A stretch of 64,000 bases of DNA from an uncultured Acidobacteriota bacterium (lineage in GTDB: Bacteria > Acidobacteriota > Thermoanaerobaculia > UBA5066), in NCBI GenBank assembly GCA_963779415.1, contig CAVZYA010000001.1, forward strand, positions 516,519 to 580,518, in the 5' to 3' direction. The position numbers and the translations under genes were made by a program. Position 1 is the stretch's first letter; each line of letters begins with the position of its first letter. Shown piece after piece: positions 1 to 11,434 of this stretch. A model generated the notes under the pieces. It did not search any database, had not been told where the DNA came from, and saw only the letters and a program-made list of their open reading frames with translations.

Positions 1-1158
1 GCCCACCTGGGTGATCCAGGCGTCGAAGGGACCGTCCCGATCGGAAAGAAACGCGACAAACGTCCCGTCGTTCGAGATCGCCGCGTCCACCTCGGACCCT
101 TCCCAGTCCGTCAGCCGCGTGAAGCGGGCGCCGGCAAGAGGGTTCTTCCAGAAGTAGTCGCGCTGACGGAGACGCCATCCGCCGATCCCGAGGGCAAGCA
201 GAATCGCCGCGGCGATGACCGCCGGGATCCACCAGCGTCGTCGGCGGATCCGCTCGGTCACTCTCGGAAAGCCCTCGGGCGCGCTGATGGCCTCAGAAAG
301 ATGATCTCGAATCGTCGCGAGCTCGCGAGCGAGATCCTCCGTCGAGGCGTATCGGTTCCGCGGCTCCTTGGCCAGGCATCGCTCGATGATCCAGCGAACG
401 GGGGCCGGTATCTTCGGATTCAGCGCCGAGATCGGCCCGGGCTCGTCCTGAATGATCGCTGTCAGCGTTTGCGGCGGCGAGGCACGCTGGAAAGCGCGCA
501 TCCCCGTCGCCATTTCGTAGAGGATCGACCCGAACGAGAACTGGTCCGACCGGAAGTCGACAGACCCTCCCGTCGCCTGCTCGGGAGACATGTAGCCGAC
601 GGTCCCCAGAACGACACCCGCACCGGTCTGGCCCGATACCGTCGGCGCCTGCGTCGCTTCGCCGCCGCTCGTGTCCGGCTGCGTCAGCTTCGCCAGGCCG
701 AAGTCCAGAATCTTGACTAGGCCGTCGTCGGTCAGCATGAGGTTTTCGGGCTTCAGGTCCCGGTGGACGATCCCCGCGGCATGGGCCTTCGCCATGCCTT
801 CAGCCACCTGCGTGCCGACTTGAAGGAGCCGGCGAACCGGCAGCGCTCCCTGCAGCAGTACGGACCGGAGGGAGTCCCCCTTCACCAGCTCCATCGCGAT
901 GTAGGAGATGGAATCGGCCGTGCCGATGTCGTGGATCGCGACGATGTTCGGGTGGTTGAGCGCCGACGCTGACTGCGCCTCGCGTTCGAAGCGCTTCAGA
1001 CGCTGCGGGTCCGAGGCGACTTCGGCGGGCAGTACTTTGATTGCCACCTCACGGCCGAGCCGCGTGTCCCGCGCGCGGTAGACCTCGCCCATTCCTCCGG
1101 CCCCGAGCAGGCCGAGCAGCTCGTAGGGGCCCAGCCGCGTTCCGGACGAGACGTGCAT
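1..1158 (-). CDS. Serine/threonine protein kinase (Hanks type) with a TM helix and the start of a beta-propeller-like C-terminal region; the 3' end runs off the window
   Basis: Absent from the ORF track because there is no stop in the window. My reverse translation from ATG 1158..1156 reads [67 protein letters not shown] (kinase subdomains I, II, VIb, VII, VIII). It continues with the hydrophobic [20 protein letters not shown] and then [13 protein letters not shown]. Confidence 0.9.
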   Translation of the reverse strand, partial: MHVSSGTRLGPYELLGLLGAGGMGEVYRARDTRLGREVAIKVLPAEVASDPQRLKRFEREAQSASALNHPNIVAIHDIGTADSISYIAMELVKGDSLRSVLLQGALPVRRLLQVGTQVAEGMAKAHAAGIVHRDLKPENLMLTDDGLVKILDFGLAKLTQPDTSGGEATQAPTVSGQTGAGVVLGTVGYMSPEQATGGSVDFRSDQFSFGSILYEMATGMRAFQRASPPQTLTAIIQDEPGPISALNPKIPAPVRWIIERCLAKEPRNRYASTEDLARELATIRDHLSEAISAPEGFPRVTERIRRRRWWIPAVIAAAILLALGIGGWRLRQRDYFWKNPLAGARFTRLTDWEGSEVDAAISNDGTFVAFLSDRDGPFDAWITQVG

Positions 1159-1243
1159 GGCTCGTTCTTGAGACTGCCTCTCAGATTATAGGCCCGGGCA
1201 CCGGACCGCTCCGATCCCGCGCCGCCGTTATAATCTCTCCGGC

Positions 1244-2464
1244 ATGTCGACGACCGTCTCGCCGAAGGTCTCCCACCGGGGCGAGGTGATGCCCCCCTCC
1301 CCGATCCGCAAGCTGATGCCGCTGGCCGACGAGGCGAAGAAGCGCGGCGTGAAGGTTCTCCACCTGAACATCGGGCAGCCGGATCTCGAGACGCCCGAGC
1401 CGATGCGCCGGCGCCTGGCCCTCCTGAAGGAGAAGGTCTACGCCTACTCGCCCTCCGGCGGAACGCCGGAGTATCTCGACTTCCTGGCGACCTACTACCG
1501 CCGGATGGGGATCGACCTTGCGCCCGGCGAGATCCTCGGGACGACCGGCGGGAGCGAGGCGATCCTCTTCGCCTTCATGGCCTGCTCCGATCCGGGGGGC
1601 GAGATCCTGACGGTGGAGCCCTTCTACACGAACTACCGCTCCTTCGCGACGATGGCGGGGCTGTCGCTCTGCCCGATCGTGACGCGCGGCGAGGACGGGT
1701 TCCACCTTCCGGGGCGCCCCGAGTGGGAAAAGGTCCGGACGCCGAAGACGCGCGTCGTCCTCCTCTGCAACCCGAACAATCCGACCGGGACCGTCTACTC
1801 CGGCGAGGAGATCCATGTCGTCGCGGAGTTCTGCCGCGACCACGGGCTCTTCTTCATCTGCGACGAGGTCTACCGGGAGTTCCTCTACGACGGGCGGGGG
1901 TCCCGGAGCGCCCTCTCCCTCGCCGGCTTCGAGGAACAGGTCGTCGTCGTCGACTCCCTCTCGAAGCGCTTCTCCGCCTGCGGCATCCGGCTCGGCGCCC
2001 TCGTGACGCGCAACGCCGACGTCGCCGGCGCTGCGGGCCGGATGGCACAGGGGCGGCTCTCGCCTCCCGGCCTCGCCCAGTTCATCGCTCCCGGCGCGCT
2101 GGAGCTGGGGCCGGAGTACTACCGGGGGGTCGTGACCGAGTACCAGAAGCGGCGCGACACCCTCTACGAAGGGCTCTCGAAGATCCCCGGCGTCCTCCTT
2201 CGGAAGCCGGAGGGGGCGTTCTACTTCGTCGCCCGGCTGCCGATCGCGGACAGCGACGACTTCGCCGCGTGGCTCCTCACCGACTTCTCCCTCCGCGGCA
2301 AGACCGTGATGGTCGCCCCCGCCAGCGGCTTCTACGTGACGCCGGGACTCGGGAAGAACGAGGTCCGGATCGCGTACGTCCTGAAGGACGAGGAGCTGCA
2401 CGAAGCCGTGCAGCTCCTCGCCTCCGCGCTTCCCGTCTACCGGAGGGCCCGGAACCTCGTCTGA
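1244..2464 (+). CDS. Pyridoxal-phosphate-dependent aminotransferase (class I/II, aspartate/aromatic type)
   Basis: 406-aa ORF with LNIGQPDLETP, NPNNPTG and SLSKRFSACGIRLG (the PLP-lysine SxSK motif). Confidence 0.9.
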   Translation: MSTTVSPKVSHRGEVMPPSPIRKLMPLADEAKKRGVKVLHLNIGQPDLETPEPMRRRLALLKEKVYAYSPSGGTPEYLDFLATYYRRMGIDLAPGEILGTTGGSEAILFAFMACSDPGGEILTVEPFYTNYRSFATMAGLSLCPIVTRGEDGFHLPGRPEWEKVRTPKTRVVLLCNPNNPTGTVYSGEEIHVVAEFCRDHGLFFICDEVYREFLYDGRGSRSALSLAGFEEQVVVVDSLSKRFSACGIRLGALVTRNADVAGAAGRMAQGRLSPPGLAQFIAPGALELGPEYYRGVVTEYQKRRDTLYEGLSKIPGVLLRKPEGAFYFVARLPIADSDDFAAWLLTDFSLRGKTVMVAPASGFYVTPGLGKNEVRIAYVLKDEELHEAVQLLASALPVYRRARNLV

Positions 2465-3991
2465 TCAGTGCTTCGACGTCTTCACGACCGGCTGGTCGGG
2501 GACGTCGATCTGCGCCTTCTGGATCTTTCCGGAGTAGTCGACGTAGATCGACTTCCACTCGGAAAAGACGTCGAGGCCCGCCGTGCCCGCCTCGCGGTGG
2601 CCGTTCCCCGTCTGCTTGATCCCGCCGAACGGAAGATGGGTCTCGGCCCCGATCGTCGGGAGGTTCACGTAGAAGATTCCGGCCTCGAGGTCCCGCATCG
2701 CCGTGAAGGCCTTGTTGACGTCCTGCGTGAAGATAGCCGAGGAGAGGCCGTAATCGCTGTCGTTCGCGACGTCGATCGCCTCCTCGAGGGACCCGACGGG
2801 GATCACGACAGTCACCGCCCCGAAGATCTCCTCGCGGGCGATCCTCATCTTCCGGTCCCCGTCGCCGAAGACGGTCGGCGAAAGGAACCATCCCCTGTCG
2901 AACGCCTTGCCCGTCAGTCGCCGTCCTCCCGCGACGAGCTTCGCCCCTTCGGCTTTTCCGATCGAGATGTAGTCGAGGACGGTGTCGAGCTGGCTCTCGT
3001 TGATGGCGGGGCCCATCTCGACGCTCTCGTCGAGGCCGCTCCCCACCTTCAGGGCCTTCGCCCGCTCGGCGAGAAGCTCCGTGAACTTCCTCGCGACCTT
3101 CCGGTGGACGAGGAGGCGCGAGGAGGCCGTGCACCGCTGTCCGCTCGTTCCGAAGGCCCCCCAGATCGCACCGTCCACGGCCAGCTCGAGGTTCGCGTCC
3201 TCAAGGACGATGATCGGGTTCTTCCCCCCCATCTCCAGGTGGACGTGCTTGAACGTGGGCGCGCAGGCCTCGTTGATCTTCTGCCCCACGGACGTCGAGC
3301 CGGTGAAGGAGATGACCTTCACGCGGGGATCCCTGATGATCGGGTTTCCGACCTTCGAGCCGCTCCCCGTGACGACGTTGAAGACCCCTTTCGGGAGGCC
3401 GGCTTCCTCGAGGGCCTGGGCGAAATGGATGACCGAATGCGGCGTGTCGGTGGCCGGCTTGATGACGATCGTGTTGCCGCAGATGAGCGCCGCCGTCGAC
3501 TTCCAGGCCGGGATCGCCATCGGGAAGTTCCACGGGGTGATGAAGCCGCAGACGCCGATCGGCGCACGGACCGACATCGCGAACTTGTCCGGCAGCTCGG
3601 AAGGAGTCGTCTGCCCGTGGAGCCGCCGCCCCTCGCCGGCCATCAGGAACGCCATGTCGATGGCCTCCTGCACGTCGCCGCGCGCCTCCTTCAGGACCTT
3701 CCCCATCTCGCGAGTCATCGCGCGTGCGTACTCCTCCTTCCGCTCCCGGAGGATCTGGCCGAGCCGGTAGAGGACCTCGCCCCGCTGCGGGCCCGGGACG
3801 AGCCGCCAGCTCCGGTAGGCTTCCGTCGCCGCGTCGACGGCATCTTTCACGTCACGCTCGTCCGAATCGGCGAAGCGTCCGATCAGGTCGGAGACGTCGG
3901 CCGGGTTACGGTTCTCGAAGGTCTTTCCCGAGCGGGCGCTGACCCACTCGCCTCCGATGAAGTTCCGGAGCACGGGAACGTTGCTCTTCAT
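2465..3991 (-). CDS. Aldehyde dehydrogenase family protein
   Basis: 508-aa ORF with [22 protein letters not shown] (catalytic Glu) and [10 protein letters not shown] (catalytic Cys). Confidence 0.92.
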   Translation of the reverse strand: MKSNVPVLRNFIGGEWVSARSGKTFENRNPADVSDLIGRFADSDERDVKDAVDAATEAYRSWRLVPGPQRGEVLYRLGQILRERKEEYARAMTREMGKVLKEARGDVQEAIDMAFLMAGEGRRLHGQTTPSELPDKFAMSVRAPIGVCGFITPWNFPMAIPAWKSTAALICGNTIVIKPATDTPHSVIHFAQALEEAGLPKGVFNVVTGSGSKVGNPIIRDPRVKVISFTGSTSVGQKINEACAPTFKHVHLEMGGKNPIIVLEDANLELAVDGAIWGAFGTSGQRCTASSRLLVHRKVARKFTELLAERAKALKVGSGLDESVEMGPAINESQLDTVLDYISIGKAEGAKLVAGGRRLTGKAFDRGWFLSPTVFGDGDRKMRIAREEIFGAVTVVIPVGSLEEAIDVANDSDYGLSSAIFTQDVNKAFTAMRDLEAGIFYVNLPTIGAETHLPFGGIKQTGNGHREAGTAGLDVFSEWKSIYVDYSGKIQKAQIDVPDQPVVKTSKH

Positions 3992-4434
3992 GTCGCGTCC
4001 TTTCGCGGGGCGTCTCCGGCGGGTCCGTGCGGCCCGTCGGGAGACGCGACACCCTCGCCGCGCGCCTCCATGTCGACGCTCCCCCTGAATCTCGCTCCTT
4101 CGGCGATGACGATCTTCGGGGCCCGGATGTTCCCTTCGAGGGAGCCCGTCGGCAGCAGCTCGACCCTCTCGCCGGCGACGACGTTCCCGACGACATGGCC
4201 GCCGATGACGACGACGTTCGCGGTCACGTCGGCGAGGACCTCTCCTTCGGGTCCGACCCGGAACGAGCGGGCGACGTTCACGCGCCCCTCGATGCGGCCG
4301 TCGAAGAGCATGTCCTCCTCCCCCGTCAGATCCCCATGGAGGCGGACCTTGGGCCCGACGTAGGTACGCCGGACCTCGTGGCGGGGGGACTCCTTCTCGG
4401 GAGAAGGGGATCCGGACTTTCCGAAGATCGCCAT
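3988..4434 (-). CDS. Bactofilin-like polymer-forming protein
   Basis: ORF 3988..4578 trimmed to the internal ATG at 4434 (MAIFGK..). It has a beta-helix repeat pattern, [58 protein letters not shown]. Its stop overlaps the ALDH start (ATGA, 3988-3991). Confidence 0.8.
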   Translation of the reverse strand: MAIFGKSGSPSPEKESPRHEVRRTYVGPKVRLHGDLTGEEDMLFDGRIEGRVNVARSFRVGPEGEVLADVTANVVVIGGHVVGNVVAGERVELLPTGSLEGNIRAPKIVIAEGARFRGSVDMEARGEGVASPDGPHGPAGDAPRKDAT

Positions 4435-4919
4435 TCGAAACGAAACGAGTGTAACCGGGCTCGTCGGGGGGAACAATGAAGCCGGAACATCAGACGCCCC
4501 AGGCTCTTCAGAAGCTCCGACTTCGGCTCGCCTGCCCGAAACGGGACAGGAGTTCTTACTTGTGCCTTCGGCGAACAAGGTAGACCGGCTTCCGGACCCC
4601 TACGTGTTCGGAACGCCCCCTTTTACGGTTCGCGTTAATTCATGTCGTCTAGTGCAAGTGCTTCATCGGCCTCGCCAGATTCCTATTTGACTCGAACGGA
4701 TTCTGGATATGATCGCCGCGAAGTCGCGATGAAGACGGAATCCGGGCGGTCGTCCTTGGCCTCCACTCGCTCGTTCTCAGCGGGAATTCCGGTCGATGCG
4801 AGCCCGGTCAGCCCAGGGAGATATTAATAATGATGGCTCAATAGAGGTCCGGCCTCTGGCGTTTCCCATTTCGTTCGAAGACGAGGAGAGGAATGAAAGG
4901 AAAGGGAGGAAAGGGATAA

Positions 4920-6053
4920 ATGAAAGAAGTCAGAAAGTCGTTCTTCCGGTTCGTTCTTCCAGCCGCGATCGTCGTTACGATTCTGGTGGCCGCGGCGCCC
5001 GCAAACGCCCAGGCCATCCTCAAGGTCTCGGACACGGTGAACCTCAAGTTCGGCATCCTCATGCAGGGGTGGGCCGACTGGCAGCAGACCCAGGCGGCTG
5101 GGGAGACGAATGGCTACGCGCAGAACCTCTTCCTCCGCCGGATGCGCATCCTGATGGCCGGCCAGGTCGCGAAGGACGTCACGTTCTTCCTCGAGACGGA
5201 CGACCCCAACCTCGGCAAGGCCCCGAAGAATCTCTACAACGTCGCGGACACGGCGACTTCGCCGGGATTCATCATCCAGGACGCGTTCATGCAGTGGAAG
5301 ATCGCGAACGAGTTCATGATCCAGGGCGGCCTCATCCTGATCCCGCTCTGCCGCAACTGCAACACGAGCGCCGCCTCGCTGCTGACGCTCGACTATGGAT
5401 CCTTCTCCTTCCTCGAGAGCGCGACCACGCAGTCGGTCGTCGGCCGTGACACCGGCTTCCAGGCCGTGGGCTATCTCCTGAGCGATCGCCTCGAGTACCG
5501 GGCCGGCGCTTATCAGGGCTTCCGCACGGCCAACTCCCACAACTCGTTCCGCTTCACCGGACGCCTCCAGTACGACTTCCTCGACGTCGAGAAGGGGCAG
5601 TTCTACCCGGGCACCTACCTCGGGAAGAAGAAGGTCCTCGCGATCGGCGCCGGCTACGACACGCAGGGCGACTACAAGGCGTACGCCTTCGACGGCTTCC
5701 TCGATCTCCCGGTCGGAAAGGGGAACGGGCTCACTGTCGAGGCGGACTTCGTCCACTACGACGGCGGAACCTTCTTCACGACCATGTACAACCAGGACAC
5801 GGAGATGGTCCGGGCCGGCTTCTACTTCGGCGGCGTCAAGCTGATGCCGTTCCTCCAGTACGAGAACGAGTCGTTCAAGGACGACATCCGGAAGGTCCTG
5901 AACAGCAGGAACTTCCAGGCGGGCCTCGCCTACTATCCCTACGGCTACAACTTCAACATCAAGCTCGCGTACACCCTCCGCGAGAGGCCGAACGACCCCG
6001 TGACCGCGAACACGAACGAGTTCACGCTCCAGATGCAGCTTTTCTACTTCTGA
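4920..6053 (+). CDS. Outer-membrane porin (OprO/OprP-like beta-barrel)
   Basis: Signal peptide ..AAAPANAQA, an LRRMRILMAG motif, alternating amphipathic strands and a C-terminal ..LQMQLFYF (terminal Phe). A purine-rich SD tract lies directly upstream. Confidence 0.7.
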   Translation: MKEVRKSFFRFVLPAAIVVTILVAAAPANAQAILKVSDTVNLKFGILMQGWADWQQTQAAGETNGYAQNLFLRRMRILMAGQVAKDVTFFLETDDPNLGKAPKNLYNVADTATSPGFIIQDAFMQWKIANEFMIQGGLILIPLCRNCNTSAASLLTLDYGSFSFLESATTQSVVGRDTGFQAVGYLLSDRLEYRAGAYQGFRTANSHNSFRFTGRLQYDFLDVEKGQFYPGTYLGKKKVLAIGAGYDTQGDYKAYAFDGFLDLPVGKGNGLTVEADFVHYDGGTFFTTMYNQDTEMVRAGFYFGGVKLMPFLQYENESFKDDIRKVLNSRNFQAGLAYYPYGYNFNIKLAYTLRERPNDPVTANTNEFTLQMQLFYF

Positions 6054-6118
6054 CACGACGTTCAGACGTCTCGTCGATTCCTGTTCTTTCGATAAATCAC
6101 GGAGGATAAGGAGGCTTC

Positions 6119-7345
6119 ATGGCGGAGGAAAAGCTACCCAACCGATGGATCATGGTCGTCGCGGCGCTGGTGATGCAGATATGCCTCGGCATCCTGTACG
6201 CCTACAGCGTCGTCCGGGGGCCCCTGACGAAGGAGCTCGGCTATACCGTCAAGGAAACCGGATACCCACTCATGGCCTCGTTCTTCTTCTTCGCGGTCGG
6301 CATGATCGTGGCCGGCCGCTGGCAGGACAAGGCCGGGCCTCGAACGGTCGGGCTCTTCGGCGGCGTGCTCCTCGCGATCGGGGCTGCGGTTGCCGGTGCG
6401 ATGTACAAGGACCTGACCATGCTGGTCATCGGCTACGGGGTCCTCGGTGGCCTCGGCGTCGGGTTCGCCTACGTCACACCGATCGCAACGTGCATCAAGT
6501 GGTTCCCTGACAAGAGAGGCACGATCACCGGCCTCGCGGTCTTCGGGTTCGGCGCGGGGACTCTCGTATTCGGGCCGCTGCTCTCCAGCCTCATCGCCAG
6601 CAGCGGCATCGCCACCACCTTCTACACCGTGGCCGTCATCATGCTCGTCTTCGTCTGTGGCTCCGCGGCCGTCTTCAAGGTCCCGCCCGCGGGCTACAAG
6701 CCCGCCGGATGGAACCCGCCGGCGCCCGCGCCGGGCGCACAGGTGATCAAGACGAACTACCTGCCGAGCGAGATCATCAAGACCGGCTCGTTCTGGATCC
6801 TCTGGTTCACCTACTTCATCGGCGCGTCGGCCGGCCTGATGATCATCGGGCAGGCGGTTCCCATCGGCGTCCAGGTGGCCAAGCTCACCGCGGCGGTGGC
6901 CGCCGGCGGCCTCGGCGTCATGGCCCTCCTGAACGGCCTCGGGCGGCTCTTCTGGGGGAGCGTCTCCGACAAGCTGGGCCGGACGAAGACCGTCATCGTC
7001 ATGTTCGTCGTCTACATCCTGGCCTTCGTCTTCGTCCTCCCGAACAGCAATACGTTCATGCTCTGGCTCGTGGGCATCTGCGCGGTCGGCTTCGCTTACG
7101 GCGGATACCTCGCTCTGATGCCTTCGCTCACGGCCGACTACTTCGGCACGAAGTCGCTCGGGGCGAACTACGGCTACCTCTTCACCGCGTGGGGCGTGGC
7201 CGGCGTGGGTGGCCCCTTCATGATCGACTGGATCAAGACGGCGACAGGCGCCTTCACGAACGCGATGTACGTCACGGCGGCCGCCTGCGTCGTCGGAATT
7301 ATTCTCGCTGCGATCGCGAAGCCCCCGAAACCGGAGGCCGCATAG
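6119..7345 (+). CDS. MFS transporter, oxalate/formate antiporter (OFA) family
   Basis: 408 aa with about 12 hydrophobic segments. The N-terminus NRWIMVVAALVMQICLGILYAYSV and AGRWQDKAGPR are typical of OFA-family MFS proteins. Confidence 0.88.
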   Translation: MAEEKLPNRWIMVVAALVMQICLGILYAYSVVRGPLTKELGYTVKETGYPLMASFFFFAVGMIVAGRWQDKAGPRTVGLFGGVLLAIGAAVAGAMYKDLTMLVIGYGVLGGLGVGFAYVTPIATCIKWFPDKRGTITGLAVFGFGAGTLVFGPLLSSLIASSGIATTFYTVAVIMLVFVCGSAAVFKVPPAGYKPAGWNPPAPAPGAQVIKTNYLPSEIIKTGSFWILWFTYFIGASAGLMIIGQAVPIGVQVAKLTAAVAAGGLGVMALLNGLGRLFWGSVSDKLGRTKTVIVMFVVYILAFVFVLPNSNTFMLWLVGICAVGFAYGGYLALMPSLTADYFGTKSLGANYGYLFTAWGVAGVGGPFMIDWIKTATGAFTNAMYVTAAACVVGIILAAIAKPPKPEAA

Positions 7346-7466
7346 ACTTAGGAGAGAAACTCTCGTAAGTGATAAGCCCGCGGGGCCGGGAGTTCCGGGC
7401 CCGGCCTCGTGGGTCATCTCTCGCAAGGCACCGGATTCGCTCCGTCAGACTTAATAACGTGCCTTC

Positions 7467-8966
7467 ATGGAGGTCCAAAACATGGCGGAAAAAAGAAATG
7501 TCGAGATCAAGAGCCGACAGGACACGCTGGCTCTGATCACTCCAGAAATCAGGCCCTGGCCTGTCTCACCACCCCCTTCGCCGGAGGAAGTGAAGAAGTC
7601 CTACGCCAAGCGGAAAGCCGAGGTGTTCGGCCAGTGGCTCGAAGACAACATGCGTCTCGAGTATTCCTGGCAGAAACCCGAGGCCCTGCAGGGCCTGAAG
7701 GTCCTCGACATCGGGCTCTGGAGGCTGGGGCACAAGTTCGGCGCCTCCACGCTCGCGCAGGCCGGTGCCGAGGTGATCTGTATCGAGCCCCCCACGGGCG
7801 ACCCGCTCAGACAGCTGACCCCCTTCGGGCGGGAAGAGTACATGCTCGCCGACAAGGAAACCGGCGAGAAGTGCGGCCTCGGGTTCATCGACATACACCG
7901 GAACACGCACTCGGTCACCCTCAACGTCGAGACTCCGGAGGGGCAGGAGCTGTTCAAGAAGCTCGCGGTCCACGCCGACATCGTCCTTGACGGGATGCTC
8001 CCCGGCTACATGGACAACCTCGGGATCGGGTACCGGGACCTCTCCCAGATCAACTCCCGCCTCATCTACGTGAACGTCATGCTCCGGGGATCCTGGGGCC
8101 CGGCAAAAGACCGCGTCTCCAAGTTCGGCCAGTGGGAACTGGATCCCTTCGCGCAGGCGACCAATTCGTACATTCACAACACCGGCTTCGCTCAGGACGC
8201 GCTGCCGCGCGGCAAAGGGGGCGACCCGACCCGGGCCGGGTCGTGGCTCGCCGACTATGTCGCCGGCGAGCAGGCGGCCGTCAACGCCCTCGCGGCGATC
8301 TACTGGCGGGAAGAGGTCAGCAATGAGGGGCAGTTCATCGAGGTGACCGGCGCCGAGACCCTGATGGACATCCTCGACTTCGACATCTCCTGGTACGGCT
8401 TCAACGGCAGCATCAAGGCGCGGACAGGGGGATGGGACCCCAACCTGAACCAGTATGCGTGGAACCCGTGCCGGGACGGCTACATGATGATCGGCGGCCA
8501 GAGCGACCGGCTCTGGTACCGGATCGGCATGTGCATCGAGCGGGACTTCCCGCAGTTCGGCCGGCTCATCCACGAAGACCCCTTCCTGAAGGAAGTCGGC
8601 GCGCGGAACGCCCTCCACGCCCTCATCAAGACCTACACCGTCACGACGCGCTGGCTCCGGGAGACCAATCGGATCGAGGCCGAAGAGAAGCTGATGGACT
8701 ACGAGATCGCGGCCGGCCCGCTCCTCTTCATCGACGAGACCTGCGAGTTCCCCCACTTCAAGTACCGGCCCTGGGTCTACAACTGCGAGACGGACTACGG
8801 GACCGTCCTCTACTCGACGGTCAATAACGCCTATCAGATGAGGACGCCGCACCGGGTCAAGTGGCTCGGGAGACGGCTCGGCAAGGACAACTACGACGTC
8901 TACCAGCGCTGGGCCGGACTGGGCCCGAACAAGGTGGACCAGCTCAAGGGAAAGGGGGCGATCTAA
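7467..8966 (+). CDS. CoA-transferase family III (CaiB/BaiF/Frc-like), paralogue 1
   Basis: [39 protein letters not shown], plus an Asp-containing active-site region [20 protein letters not shown] second in-frame ATG at 7482 is an alternative start. Confidence 0.88.
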   Translation: MEVQNMAEKRNVEIKSRQDTLALITPEIRPWPVSPPPSPEEVKKSYAKRKAEVFGQWLEDNMRLEYSWQKPEALQGLKVLDIGLWRLGHKFGASTLAQAGAEVICIEPPTGDPLRQLTPFGREEYMLADKETGEKCGLGFIDIHRNTHSVTLNVETPEGQELFKKLAVHADIVLDGMLPGYMDNLGIGYRDLSQINSRLIYVNVMLRGSWGPAKDRVSKFGQWELDPFAQATNSYIHNTGFAQDALPRGKGGDPTRAGSWLADYVAGEQAAVNALAAIYWREEVSNEGQFIEVTGAETLMDILDFDISWYGFNGSIKARTGGWDPNLNQYAWNPCRDGYMMIGGQSDRLWYRIGMCIERDFPQFGRLIHEDPFLKEVGARNALHALIKTYTVTTRWLRETNRIEAEEKLMDYEIAAGPLLFIDETCEFPHFKYRPWVYNCETDYGTVLYSTVNNAYQMRTPHRVKWLGRRLGKDNYDVYQRWAGLGPNKVDQLKGKGAI

Positions 8967-10354
8967 TGGCCGGCGAGATCAGACCCAAGAGTGCGGGCGA
9001 GCTGCATGAGATGCGGGCGCCCTACGAGGAGTTCTGCCGGAAGGCCTTCGATCCCGGCAACGAGCACTCGAAGCCCGAGTCGCTGAAGGGGATCCGGTGG
9101 CTCTCCTGCACGATGTACATCTTCACGCCCCACTCGGCCGCGAACCTGGCCGAGCTGGGCGCCGAGGTGATCAAGATCGAGATCCCCCGGATGGGCGACG
9201 CCATGCGGCACACCTCGCCCTTCAACGAGGCGTACCTCTATCCCCTCCACGACACCCGGCCGGGGACGGGAACCGGGTTCGGGTTCACGAACGCCAACCC
9301 GAACAAGCACTTCATCTCCCTCGACTATCACGTACCGGAGATGCGGGAAGTTTTCTACAACATGGTCCGGCAGAGCGACGGGCTGACCGAGCTCTACCGT
9401 CCCGGGACCTTTGACCGCTGGAAGATGAGCTACCCGACCCTCGCGCAGATCAACCCGCGGTTCATCTACGTCTGGGGCGGCGGGTTCGGCTACGGGCCGA
9501 AGGTCTTCGGGGGCTCCTATGACATCCTCGCGCAGTCCCACGCCGGGTTCGCGTCCATCACCGGAATGCACGACTTCATGGGCGGCCACTGCTCCAAGTC
9601 ATCCAACTGGGTCATGGACTGGGCCTCCGGCACCCTGATCACGTTCGGGATCCTCGCCTCCATTCTCTGGCGCCGGAAGACCGGCCTCGGCACCATGATC
9701 GAGTTCTCGCAGGTGCAGACCTCCACGATGTTCACCGAGTATGCCGTTCCTCTTTACGGCCGGTTCGGCATCGTCCGGCAGCGGTGGGGAAACTGGGACA
9801 CCCAGCTCTGCGCCCACGGGATCATCCTTTGCGGCAAATCCGACTTCCCCGATGCCCAAAACCCGCAGGACAAGTTTGACGCCCGGTACGTCATGGTCTC
9901 CGCCTTCCAGGATGCGGACTTCAAGGAACTCTGCAACGTCGTCGGCCGGAAAGACATCTACGATAAATACAAAACGCACAAGGACCGGCTCGACCCCCGG
10001 GCCCAGGTCGACATCTACCAGGCGCTCGAGAAATGGGCCGGAGACAAGACCCGGGCGGCGGTGGTCAAGGTCCTGACCGACGCCGGCATCCTCGCCTCCC
10101 CCGTCATGAACGACCGGGAAGTCTACGAGTACGAGCACTACCGCGAGCGGGGCACCGTCCGCTGGATCGACGACCCCCTCTTCGGCGACTTCCTCCTGCA
10201 GGCCGGCTACAGCGCCGGCCACCTGGCCAAGACCCCGAGAAGGACGAACTGGATCTGGCGGCCCGTTGGCGCCGACAATGTCAAGATCTACCGGGATCTG
10301 CTCGGCTATCCACTGAGCAAGATCGAGGAGTGGTATGGCAAGGCCTACATCTAA
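8966..10354 (+). CDS. CoA-transferase family III (CaiB/BaiF/Frc-like), paralogue 2
   Basis: ORF 8861..10354 trimmed to ATG 8966 (TAATG junction with the upstream stop). Motifs [42 protein letters not shown] and [19 protein letters not shown]. Confidence 0.88.
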   Translation: MAGEIRPKSAGELHEMRAPYEEFCRKAFDPGNEHSKPESLKGIRWLSCTMYIFTPHSAANLAELGAEVIKIEIPRMGDAMRHTSPFNEAYLYPLHDTRPGTGTGFGFTNANPNKHFISLDYHVPEMREVFYNMVRQSDGLTELYRPGTFDRWKMSYPTLAQINPRFIYVWGGGFGYGPKVFGGSYDILAQSHAGFASITGMHDFMGGHCSKSSNWVMDWASGTLITFGILASILWRRKTGLGTMIEFSQVQTSTMFTEYAVPLYGRFGIVRQRWGNWDTQLCAHGIILCGKSDFPDAQNPQDKFDARYVMVSAFQDADFKELCNVVGRKDIYDKYKTHKDRLDPRAQVDIYQALEKWAGDKTRAAVVKVLTDAGILASPVMNDREVYEYEHYRERGTVRWIDDPLFGDFLLQAGYSAGHLAKTPRRTNWIWRPVGADNVKIYRDLLGYPLSKIEEWYGKAYI

Positions 10355-10368
10355 AAGGAGGCAGCGCC

Positions 10369-10854
10369 GTGTGTGACATCATCTGGTGCAAGAAGCAGGT
10401 TTCCGGCAAGACGTGCAACACCGTCAATTACCTGGACCCGTACAACTTCTGGAACTGGGAAGGCAAGGTGAACTGCGCCGAGTGCGGGACCGTCTACGCC
10501 ATCCACATGATCCAGGGCTTCATGTACAAGGGGCCAACGGAGAAACCCGGAGAGAAGCCCGACATGAGTCCCCTCTACGCCGACAAGCCGCTGGAGGGCT
10601 ACCGGTGTTACCTTCCCGGGATCGAGGGCAGGACGAGGCCTTGGCAGTGCCTCCCCCGACATATCTACCTCGGCCACGCGGACACGGTGAAGTGGAGCCT
10701 CCGCGGAAGACCCGTGCGTGGCTGGCGTCCTCAGCCGAAGTCTGCAGGCATCGCTGGAAGCTTCGGCCACAAGTGGGATATCGAGAAACTCTCACCGGAG
10801 ATCTGGGCCGAATACCAGGAGAAGCTGAAGAGCGGGAAGCTGAAGGACTGGTGA
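10369..10854 (+). CDS. Hypothetical protein with an N-terminal Cys cluster (zinc-ribbon-like)
   Basis: ORF 10033..10854 trimmed to GTG 10369, just downstream of AAGGAGG. The product starts VCDIIWCKKQVSGKTC..(18)..CAEC. No family recognised. Confidence 0.6.
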   Translation: MCDIIWCKKQVSGKTCNTVNYLDPYNFWNWEGKVNCAECGTVYAIHMIQGFMYKGPTEKPGEKPDMSPLYADKPLEGYRCYLPGIEGRTRPWQCLPRHIYLGHADTVKWSLRGRPVRGWRPQPKSAGIAGSFGHKWDIEKLSPEIWAEYQEKLKSGKLKDW

Positions 10855-10876
10855 GACATTCAGAAAGGAGCGCCAC

Positions 10877-11137
10877 ATGGCCGAGGGAAAACAGTTAACG
10901 CCTGAAGAATTCCTGGCTACGGTTCTCGTGCCGCAGTATGGCCGGGAAAGCGGGCACATGTGCTGGGATTGCAAGCACTTCAAACCGGTTCTGAAGGGCT
11001 CCAAGTTCCCGCCCACCGACACGATCGGCTGGTGCACGCAGATCCACTGGCCCTTCTACTGGTGCGTGACGGACTTCAACGTCGTCAAGAAGTGCTACGC
11101 CTTCGAGAAGGGCATTTACACCTTCAAGAAGTTCTGA
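10877..11137 (+). CDS. Small Cys-rich hypothetical protein (possible Fe-S or Zn protein)
   Basis: 86 aa, with GAAAGGAG 6 nt upstream. Cys pattern CWDC-x20-C-x9-C-x9-C. Confidence 0.65.
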   Translation: MAEGKQLTPEEFLATVLVPQYGRESGHMCWDCKHFKPVLKGSKFPPTDTIGWCTQIHWPFYWCVTDFNVVKKCYAFEKGIYTFKKF

Positions 11138-11138
11138 C

Positions 11139-11432
11139 ATGGAGGAGAACGTCCGGAAGGAGCTGGATACGCTCACGGGGATGGTGCTGACCTGGAAGAA
11201 GGACTATCTCGGGTCGGTATCATCCGATGAGGACTGCGAGTACCTCGCTCGGGAATTCCTGGACGAGGTGGAGACCCACGTCTACCCCTACGTGAGGAGG
11301 CTCATGGAATGCAATTTCCTCACGGGACCGGAGGCGACGGAGTTTCTCGACTCCTGCTATCGCCAGGCAGAGGAGCTGAACAAAGCCATCCAGCAGCCGG
11401 ACGCCAAACAGGGTGAAACGATAGGAGGGTAA
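11139..11432 (+). CDS. Hypothetical protein (acidic, probably helical)
   Basis: 97 aa. The ATG lies 1 nt after the upstream stop, and G/C at codon position 3 is high. No family recognised. Confidence 0.6.
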   Translation: MEENVRKELDTLTGMVLTWKKDYLGSVSSDEDCEYLAREFLDEVETHVYPYVRRLMECNFLTGPEATEFLDSCYRQAEELNKAIQQPDAKQGETIGG

Positions 11433-11434
11433 AC

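Noticed and set aside
1181-2401. A 406-aa minus-strand ORF exactly antisense to the aminotransferase. Similar long antisense ORFs occur at 2468..4363(+), 4824..6056(-), 6134..7426(-), 7566..8852(-), 19652..21913(-), 42154..44175(-) and 59848..61383(-).
   Set aside because: Their translations are Arg/Pro/Gly/Asp-rich and low in complexity, with no motifs. The opposite strand carries clearly recognisable enzymes. These are typical GC-driven shadow ORFs.
4757-4771. A sigma-54-like TGGC..(N)..CGCT upstream of the porin operon.
   Set aside because: TGGCCTCCACTCGCT has the wrong spacing and a poor -12 element compared with TGGCAC-N5-TTGC. No activator gene is adjacent.
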